A stretch of 20,000 nt of DNA. It comes from an uncultured virus (IMG/VR IMGVR_UViG_3300027156_000007). Lineage: Duplodnaviria > Heunggongvirae > Uroviricota > Caudoviricetes. The notes under the pieces are model-generated. The model searched no databases, was not told the origin of the DNA, and was given only the letters and a program-made list of their open reading frames with translations. Every line of letters starts with the position of its first letter. The stretch's first letter is position 1. The translations under genes were made by a program, and so were the position numbers. Below are positions 9,830 through 19,600 of this stretch, piece by piece. Where the stretch lies: positions 57,403 through 77,402 of IMG/VR virus record IMGVR_UViG_3300027156_000007. One strand, given 5' to 3'.

Positions 9830-9832
9830 TAT

Positions 9833-10660
9833 ATGACGGATGTGTTATTTTCTTTTGGCGACCAATACATATATTCTAATAATCTAGCAAACTGGTCTAC
9901 AATTGAACCAAGCAAGCAAATAGAAATCATTGGCAACGAAGATAAATTCTCCGTTGTTCGAACTGATGTTATTAACTATAGTAAGTCTTTTACTATAGAA
10001 TCAAGTTCATTAATTAAATTTGACAACAATGTAAGAGACCTGATCTTAGATGGAGATACTATTGATTGCTATTTTACTACTTACTATACAGCATTAATTA
10101 ATGATATTACTGAATCTGGATCTGGATACAAAGTAAATGAATATGTAACCATTGGTAAAAATTCTTACTTTGAATCATCTATAGACAAAAATCAAAAAGC
10201 TGTTCTCCAAGTTAAAGCTGTTAATAGTAATGGAGGCATTACTGAAGTTAATTTAATTAACAATGGAAAATTCACTCAAGATTTTAGTGAAGCAGAATTA
10301 GAAGGCGGATCTGGTAAAGGCGCAAAAGTAAGCTTGATTTTAGGCAAAGACAATAAAAAGGCTCTCAAGTTTTTTTCTGTATTGGACGTAAAGCGAGAGA
10401 AGGCTTCGATCACTGTAATTCTAAACGAAAAGATTAAAGACAACTTCCTGACAGGTGAAGTATATATAAAACGATATCGCATTACATTAAATAAACCAAC
10501 AGGCAAAGAATACTTGAATCAAGCATTCATTGTAAAGGTAGAGAAGACCCCTTTTCTTAATCTGCCACTAGCTAAAGATAATAATATAGAGCAAATCTAT
10601 AATCAGGCTATACTGACTATAGATTCTAAGATTAAAGAATTATCTGCTGGCGTAAAGTAA
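9833..10660 (+). CDS. Hypothetical protein, probably virion structural (GSGY-type beta repeat)
   Basis: 275-aa ORF starting 3 nt after the previous stop. Contains ITESGSGYKVNEYVTI...VKAVNSNGGITEVNLINNG...LEGGSGKGAKV. Its 3' end overlaps the convergent TMP gene by 21 nt. Confidence 0.6.
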   Translation: MTDVLFSFGDQYIYSNNLANWSTIEPSKQIEIIGNEDKFSVVRTDVINYSKSFTIESSSLIKFDNNVRDLILDGDTIDCYFTTYYTALINDITESGSGYKVNEYVTIGKNSYFESSIDKNQKAVLQVKAVNSNGGITEVNLINNGKFTQDFSEAELEGGSGKGAKVSLILGKDNKKALKFFSVLDVKREKASITVILNEKIKDNFLTGEVYIKRYRITLNKPTGKEYLNQAFIVKVEKTPFLNLPLAKDNNIEQIYNQAILTIDSKIKELSAGVK

Positions 10661-13600
10661 TCCTCCGGGTCTCTTCTGCTCGACCAATACTTCAACGACT
10701 TTGCTTCTGAGTAGTTCAGCAAGTTTAGCATTGTTTTGAATGCTGTTTTGATCTTTGTTGGTATTGGAGCCGCCATTTTGAGTGGTAGCATTAGCTTCAG
10801 AAGTGACTTCGCCGCTTTGAGCAACATTAATTGAAATGTTATTAACTACAGACATTCCAGATTCTTGATTTGCTCCAGCAGCAGAAATTTTACCTGACTC
10901 AGCTTGGGTGATGTCATTGCCCTTGGAAAGGTTTTCATTCAATGTATTAAGAGCAGCGACTAGTTCGGTCACGCTAGATTCAGGTACATTTTGACCTGCT
11001 GTATAGCTTGTACCAACCATTCCGCCACTGGCATACTTAGGCAATGTACCAGTATTTAATTGATTCATGAAGTCTCTGCCGTACATATCTACGGCTTTCT
11101 TGTTCATGACATATTCGCCGCCCATTAACAAGGCAGGAATATTATCTTTACCTGTTGATCCACCGCCAGCAAATCTAGCTATATAACCACCATTTGACCT
11201 AAGATTTCTTGCATATTGAGCGTTTAATTGAGCTTGAGTTAAGTTGCCTCCGGGTTCTAGACCTCTTGCAGCAGATGTTGCTGCATTAGTTCTCATATTA
11301 GCTGCTCCAACCGTAAGGCCAGCAGCACCTAATTGAACAGCAGCAGCAGTTAAACCTGAATAGAAAGTGCTATTTACTTGATTTTTGTAATTTTTAATAG
11401 CTTGCTGTTTGTCTTTCTCGTATTGAGATCTGTCTTGTAAGTATTGATCAAGCTTTTCATAACGATCTTGTCTTAATCTATTTTGAGGATTATTCTCGTC
11501 AGTTAAAGCTGCGGCTGATAGTCTAGAATCAATAGCAAACTCTCCAGAAGTTGGACGATCAGGATCATTGTATAAGAATTCATTCTGCAATGGGCCTATA
11601 GAGAATCCTCCAGTTGCATATTTAGGAACAATACCTCCATTTAAAGCTCTTAAATAATCAGAACCGTATTTTTTAACAGAAGACTTCTTGATAACGTATT
11701 CGCCGCCACTCATCATAGCGGGTACATCATCTTTCATTCCAGAGCCACCAACAACCATACCTCCAGAATTATAACCTCTGATTAATCCACCATCTTTTCT
11801 GCCAGTTGCAGCTTTACCAAAAGCAAATAAAGCATCAACTCCCATCTCTAAAGACTTATCAAGCATTCTATTTAAGATGCCTTGGAACATATCTCTAAAT
11901 GCATCCTTAAGAGTTTTAGTTCCTTTGATAGCTTCACCAAATGCACTAGCAATACCTGATTTGAAATCAGTTTGGAAAGTGTCGATCAATTGACCAGTGT
12001 CTCTAGCAAAATCGGCTCTATTGTAAGTAGTATTCTTTTCTGTTATGGCTCCAATATCTACTCTTCCTTGACGAGCTTCATTTTCGATTTTAGCGTTAGC
12101 AAAAGCTGCTCTTTCATCCTTAAAGAAAGTTTCTCCATATGACTCTTTATAATATAAATTATATAACTCTTCTGCGACTTTACCTTCTTGTTCTAAAGTT
12201 TTTGCTCTTAATTCAGTTTGAAGCTTAATTAATTCTGCTCTTTTGGCTGTGTCAACTGCATCACCTTTTAAAAGTGCATTTACTTTTTCATTAAGGTCAA
12301 TAAGTTCTTTGTCATTTTGTAATCTAAATGCAAGCAAACTTGTAATTCTATCTGAATTTTCTCTTAATAATCTTAATTGGCTAGGAATATCTCGTTTTAC
12401 ACCACCATCTGTCGAAGTTTTTGAACCTTGTCCTGAGCCAGTACCTACTTTAGCATCTACATCCATCAAAGGCTTTTCGGTCGCTAAATTTCTTTCTTTA
12501 CGAGCGTTTTCTTTTAAAGATTTTATGTCTTCAATAGACATCTGCTGGTTAAAATCTCTAAAAATTTGTTTTGCAAGTCCTTCATAAGTAGTATTTAAAT
12601 AATCTTGTTTTGTAGGTTCGTTCAATCTAATTAGTTCACTTTTTAAACTTTCCAAAAGTGATTCTAATTTTTTAGGATCACTTCCTTCATATTTACTAAG
12701 TTTTTGTAGAGTAGATTTAGCTTCTGTTAATTTAGCTTCTGCTTCAGAAGAAATTTTCGCGCTTTGAATAGTAGATTGCATTGCCTGTTCTTCTGTTTGA
12801 TATCTTTGCAAGCCAGATAAAATTTCATCCATATCTGTTTGTGGTTGATATCTCTGCAATTCTTTAGTAATTGGCTGTATCTGCGCTTGTCCAACTGTCT
12901 TCAAACTTTCTAAATAGCTTTCTAAATCTTTTATTTCTGTTTTTAAAGAGGATATTCTTTCTTTATCATCTATAAATTTTACTCCTTTAGGAAGATCTGT
13001 TAAATCTTGTGATTGAGCTATTCTATCAAAAATAGCTTTTCTAGTACCTACGCTTGCAACTGGCAAAAGATTAGATCTTTCAGTTAAAAGATTTGTTCTC
13101 TTTGTATCGGTAGCTAATTTATTAATAACATTTTGTAATGATGTAGTTAATGTAGTTAATTTTGTACCTACTTCTCGGGTAATAACAGTATTAAAATTGT
13201 CATTTATACTTTTTGGTAATGTGCTTTCTAAAATAGAATTTTGATCTTGGGTTAATTGATTTAAAAATCTAGCTTCTTGTTGTAATACATCAAGATAATT
13301 ACCCATATTCTCTAACTTAAACTGAGAAGCAATTTGATCTAAAGCAGTTCTTACTGCTCCTTCTTTTGCTTGATCGAAAGCAGTACCTAAAGCAGTTCCT
13401 TGAGCTGTTTTTCCTATTTGTATTTCAGTAACTTTACGAGCTAAATCTAAACTATCTCTTATTTGTTGTACTCTGCCAGCAATTGCTGTAGCTGCTAAAG
13501 GGGTTAAATCAGATGAGACTTGTTTATTAAACATCTCTCCACTTATATTTGGTCCAATAAAATTATTTGGTAGATTTGGAGCATTAATATTTCTATTTAA

Positions 13601-16600
13601 CTGCAATTGATTTGTTAACACATCAAGCAATTTAAAAGCACTAGATCCTTTTTGAGCAGCATTTCCAATAGTATTTGTTTGTCTTAATTCAGAAACTAAC
13701 TCAGAAATATTATCAAAAAGATCAGAAACCCCTGTTTTACCAGTTGAACTTAAAGCTTGTGCGCCACCAGCAAAAGAAAGTCTTTGATTTAAGGCTAGTG
13801 ATTGTTTTTGATATTCTCTTTGAGCTTCTTGAATCTGAATATCTACATCACCTTGAGCCTTTATTTCAGCAAGAGTATTTTTAAATTCTGCAAAAGACAC
13901 TTCAAGACTCTGTATAAGGACATCTCTTTCTTCAGGCTTGAATTTAGAAAATCCTGTTATACTCTTAATTAAATTTGCTTGAATATCTCCTATGTTTCCG
14001 CCAGAAGTTATTTCTTTTAATGATTGAGTAATTAAAGGAGTTAGTTTTTGAATTTGATTTTGGAAAACAAATCTTTCTTGTTGAATAGCGTTTTCAGATT
14101 TGGCTCCTTCAATAGCAGGAACAACTTTTGATCTAGCTTCTTCTGATTTTTTAATTATTGTATTTGAAAAAGAATCTAAAAGTTTATTAGAAGCTTCTTG
14201 AATTTTAGAATTTTGTCTAGAAGTTATCTCATTTAGATCTAATTGATTTTGGATGTCCGATTTTGAAGACTCACTAATAAATGGAGTAGCTGATTCTAAA
14301 AGACCTTTAACTCTAGCTCTTTGGATTGAAACCACGCCTTCTGCTTGAATTTTATTTATTTCTCTAATGGTTTGAGCGCGATTTTTTTCTATATCAATTT
14401 GATTAGAAATTTGAAGATTAATATTATTATACTGATTATTTAAAGCTTTAAGAGATTCTTCATTTTCTTTGATTCTTTTTGCATTTTCTGCTGCTATTTC
14501 TCCAAGAATTTTTGTTTTCTCAGTAAAATCAAAAACGCTTATACCCGCTTTTTTGATAGAGTCTAATAAAGAACCTAATGCTTTACCATCAAGTTCAGCG
14601 AAAGCTTTATCAAGCTGATTAATTATTTCTTCTGGGATAATTGTTTTTTGCCTTAACTGCGCTTTTATATTTTCTGCGCTTTCCTTATTTACAAGCGTCT
14701 CAGTCCCTAAACGAGAATTATAAGGCCCGATAATATCTTTATCATAAATCGCTTCGGATTTTAAAGAATCAATAAAATTGCCAAAATCTTCTTTAGCATT
14801 TTTACCAGTAAATTTTTTAACTAATTCTTCTGATTTAATAGAAGAAGTAAATAGTCTATTAAATACCTCTTGATCTTTTGGTTTTAAACTGGCTCTGCCA
14901 AAAATAGAAGATTGCTTTTCAATAAACTCTGTAATAGCTAATTGACGCTCCAAATTCTTTTGAGTATTAGCCATTTCTTTATTTATATTGCCAATAGCTT
15001 CACTAACTTTAGTTATGTCTGAACCTGCGGCTAATACTTTACTTCTGAACTCTTCAGGAATACTATTTAAAGCTTCTGTTAGATTATTTTGAAACTTTAA
15101 TAGTGCTTCAGGTTTCGTCTTAGGATCATTTAAAGCGTTTTGTAAACCTTCTAAAGAAGTAGAGTAATTTTGAGCGGCACCAGAAAATTCAGAAGATTTT
15201 TCTTTTGTCTCTCCTAAAGATTTATTGATTTTATCGATAGCTTCTTCAGCTTTAGCATCTTTAAGTTTTAAAAGAGCAGATCCAAGTCCCGCAATTCCTC
15301 CTAGCACCATACCGGGAACACCAAATTGCGCTCCTAAACCAGCAAAAGAACTAATTTCTCCTACACCGGCCATTGCAGCTTTTGCTGTTTTGTTTTCTGG
15401 AGAGATGAATTGTCCAGCGACATTTGAAATAACACTGCCGATTAAACCAATTTGAGTGCCCATTCCTCTAACGTATCTATCTGCTTTTCCTCCTGATGAA
15501 AAACTGCCTCTTGAAAAGAAAGGAGTTTCTGTTTCGGCTATCTGTCCCTGCATTTGTCTTAATCCCGCCCTAGCTTCTCTAATTCTTTTAGCTTCTTGTT
15601 TTCTAGCCTCAACGGTTTGATTTCTTAACTCTTCCAATCTTGCTACTTGTTCTGAAGATGCGGCTTGAGGAGAACTAGTATATGTTCCAAGAGCATCTCT
15701 AACGCGAGGCCCCATAACTAAAGGAGCAACAGAAGAACCTTTTTGTTTTAAAGTCTTTGGATCTATATTAGTAAAAGTACTCTTTACTTCGCTTTCAATA
15801 GATGATAAAGTTCTATTAAGTGATTGTTTAGCCTTACCCATTTCGCTTGCAAAACTAGCAGCAGCAGATTCATATGATTTTTTTAAATTATCTGAAGTTG
15901 TTTTTAGATTCTGGAAATTTCCTGAAACTTCTTTTAAAGCAGTACTAAGAGTTCCAAAAGCGGCAATCAATATAAAAGCATCTGCGCCTCCAAAGTCAGC
16001 AAAATTAGGGATATGTCCTTTTGAAGACATTCCTTTTGTCTTAGGGTCTATTCCAGCTTTTTCTGCTAATCCAATTCCACCATTAAGAGAACCTTCTGTG
16101 GAGTTATAAACTCCTAATCCCATTGGATTGAAGCTTGTCTTTAGTTTGCTGCTTTGGCCTACTTTAACTTGAGAAGAGGAGTATCCAGCGGCCATCTCTC
16201 TTCCTATTGCTTCTTGGACTGCATTAAAATTAGGTATATGACCTTTAGAAAAAGTATCAACTAAAGCCTCTATTGCGAGATCTCCGTCAATAACGGCATC
16301 AATGAAAGACTGTTTATCATTTTTATAAAGATCTTTAATTTTGCCTTGAACCAAAGATAAAATATTTTTACCAAAAATCTCCTCTTCTTCCATGCGCCCA
16401 ACATAGTTACGATTTGAAAATTTTAAATTTGTGCTTTTAGACAACCCTTTTTGTCTATAAGACAATTGAGGATAAGCTATTTTAACTATATCTTCTATTG
16501 AAGTTTCTTCTAAAACATAATGCTTTTCTTTATCTTTGTCTCTTAAAAGAGCATATTGTTTTTGAGGAATGACTCTCTTTAATTTGTCGCCTTGTGCTAC

Positions 16601-19600
16601 AATAACAGAAGAGTAAGAATTAACTCCTAGTCGTTTGGCGGTTTTTGAATATCGATCAAACATCTCTTGACCTTGACCCTTTTGATTAGATTCAATGTAG
16701 CTGATTTTTAAACCCTTTTCGTAACTACCTGTATTTGGATTGACAAAATTTCCGGGATAGTAATCCAAATGGCTTCCTGTTTCAGGATCAGTTAATGTTC
16801 TAAAATTATTCTTTTTATCATTTTCATATTGCTTTCTTTTCTTTAATTTATAAGCAAAATTAGGAACATGACCTTTAGAGAAAGTATCATATAACTCACT
16901 TATATAAATCTTACGCGCTTCGACATCTTTTACGAATTCTGGTACATCAGATCCGTATATGCCAGTTAATTTATCTAAGACTGAAGAAAATATTTTTTTT
17001 CCAGTAAGAGTTTCCTTTTCAAATGGACTTTTTTCAGTAGATATTTTCATGAAGCTCAGACTTGACTCTTTACTCGTCCCTCTTTCTCTATACATTAACT
17101 GAGGATAAGATATTTTTAGAGCATCTCTAAGAGAGAGACCTTCAAGAATATGACGATTTTTCTTTTGGTATTCATTTAAAAGATCATATTTTTCTTTGGG
17201 AACAATTTTATTTGTTTGTGGGAGAATTATACTGGAATAAGACCTACGTCCCGAACGCCTAGCTATTTTTCCATATCGATCAAACATTTCATGACCTTGC
17301 CCTTTCTCATAAGAGTTAATAAAACCAAATTTTAAAACTTTTTCTGAGTCAACTACTCCGGGGGTATACTCTAAATAACTTCCTGTCTTTTTATCATGAA
17401 TCTGTCTCTTCGAAGCGGATCTATTGAATCCCGGTTTAGATACTGCATAAGAAAAATTAGGCACATATCCTTTAGAGAAAGTATCTTGTAAATCGTTTAT
17501 ACCTATATTTTTATGTAAAATCTCTTGGATTAAAGTATCTTTATTATTCCCGTAAACATCTTTTAATTTATTTTGTACTTGAGAGAGGATATCTTTACCA
17601 GAAAGGTCCTCGTATTTTAAAAATCCAGCATAATCGCGATAGTTTAGTGATAGTTTTGTGTTTTTAGACAAACCTCTTTGTCTGTAAGCCAACTGAGGAT
17701 ATGCCATTTTAACAATATCTTCAAACGAAGTGTCTTCAAGTATAGAATAATTTTTTATCTCGTCTGCGCTTAGTTTTTCCTTTAAATAACCATATTTTTC
17801 TTTAGGAATTATTTTCCCTACTCTATCACCTTGTTCTACGAGGAGATCAGAAAAACCTTTAAGTTTTTGTCTCCTAGCCATTTTTGAAAACCTATCAAAC
17901 ATCTCTTGGCCTTGACCTGTCCGCTTGGATCTAATATAGCTGACATTTAAAGATCTTTCTTGAGATTTTGTTTCTTTATTATAAAAATCTCCGGGATAAT
18001 ATCTTAAATAACTTCCTGTTTCAGGATCTGTTAATTCTCTAGTAGATGTTTTACTATATACTGGTTTGTTTATCCTATAAGCGAAATTAGGAATGAAACC
18101 AGAAGCTAAATTTGGCAAAGATCCGGGAATAAAATCTGGCAATCTTGCCCTTAAAGCATTCAAGAAAGCTCCTGCTCTTGCTCCTCTATTTTGTCTAGAA
18201 ACAAAACCTTGTTGACCTCTAACAGGAATACCAGCTACAGCATTTGGATTCTCAAGACTAGAAAAGAATGCCCCAGAATCACGATTCAAAGAAGCTAGTC
18301 TTTCCAAAGTTCCTGTGCTTGCCATTTCGGGGTCGAAGTATTTGTCAGCGAGCCAATCTCTTAACTTGGGAGAAATTTGGGCTGTTTTTTCTCCTAGGTT
18401 TGAAAATCTAAAATTAAAAGGCTTTGGAGCGAAATTAGGAATAAAACCAAAAGAACTAGTTTTAAATCCACTAGTAACGCTACCTGCTTTAATTTCTTGC
18501 TCTTTAAAGTGATTTCCTATCTGTTGACCATATTGTTTCGTGACTTTATCAATAAATGATCTTATAGCTTCATCATTATTTTTTAATTTATAATCTCCAT
18601 ATTGGTCTGTAAATCCGGGGAAAAGCTGTCTTATGTTTCCAATATTTCCGCCTCTTACGTCAAAATCTCCTCCAGAATTAGCTTTATCTCTTGTATAATT
18701 AGCAGCTAAATTTGTAGAAGCTTCAAATATTGTACCAGCTAATACATTATAATTTTTACCTGCTGCTCCAAAAAAATTATCAACAGAAGTGTCTGAATAT
18801 TCTCCGGGTCTAATGTAATTAGCAAGATCTTTAGTCATTTTACGAGAAAAATCTTGTGTTTTTTGAATTAGTCCAGTTTTTTCTTCATTTAAGGCTGAAG
18901 CATTTAGAGCATAAGATTTAATCTTAAAAATTCTTCCAGAAGTTTTTCTTTTAGTGGACATCTCTCCTGTTTTTTCCAAATCATCTTCATTGACATCCCT
19001 CTCTGAACTCTTTTGCATTGCGTCAAAGACAAGCATTGAAGCGGGGGGAATATAAGGATCATAAACTTGTTTTATTCCTTCTTTAACCTTTTGTTCAGCT
19101 TCTATTTTTTTTCCGGGAGCGTAAGTAGCTCTAATATCATCCAAACCAAAAATTGTACCATCTGGTTTTCTTTTACCATATCTTTTATCGCTCATCAAAA
19201 TAGAAGCTGGCATTTCTGCTCTTATTTCTCCATATTTCGCTCCTGCTCTTACAAAGTGATTTAAATCATTCGCTGTAAATGGCGCACCATCTTTTCTATA
19301 AAATCTTTCGCCTTTCGGTCTAGATGGATCAAAAGCAGCCTGATATTTAGGATCAAGTCTAATATTAGCAAGAGGAACCGCACGATCACTTGCTCTGCGA
19401 AGCCATTCATCATCTCCGTATCCATAAGCATCATTTTCTAATGGCATAGGAATAAAATTAGGAACAAATCCTGTAGCCATATAAGGATTAATTCCATTCT
19501 TTGCCATCGACTTTGATGCTAAATCTTGTGCTGCGCGAGATCCTTGAGGAGGTAAAATATAAGGTTGAGCGAAACCGGGAATATATTTAACTGTTTCGGC

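Noticed and set aside
10600..10700. Bidirectional intrinsic terminator at the convergent junction
   Set aside because: The genes overlap, and I see no convincing GC stem followed by a U-tract.
9280..10827. Minus-strand ORFs 9280-9471, 9736-9936, 10276-10506 and 10603-10827
   Set aside because: They are short and either antisense to longer genes or in an alternative frame within the TMP, with no independent support.
16226..17485. 33-nt near-identical repeats read as a CRISPR array
   Set aside because: Spacing is about 600 nt, the repeats are in-frame coding sequence, and no cas genes are present.
16226..18100. Diversity-generating retroelement TR/VR pair
   Set aside because: Differences between units are extensive, include indels and are not adenine-specific; there is no reverse transcriptase in the window.
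12243..19264. Plus-strand ORFs 12243-12587, 13675-13884, 15225-15455, 18315-18512 and 19067-19264 as immunity or antitoxin genes for the cargo
   Set aside because: All lie antisense within the TMP, mostly with non-ATG starts, and have the S/F/L-rich composition expected of shadow frames.
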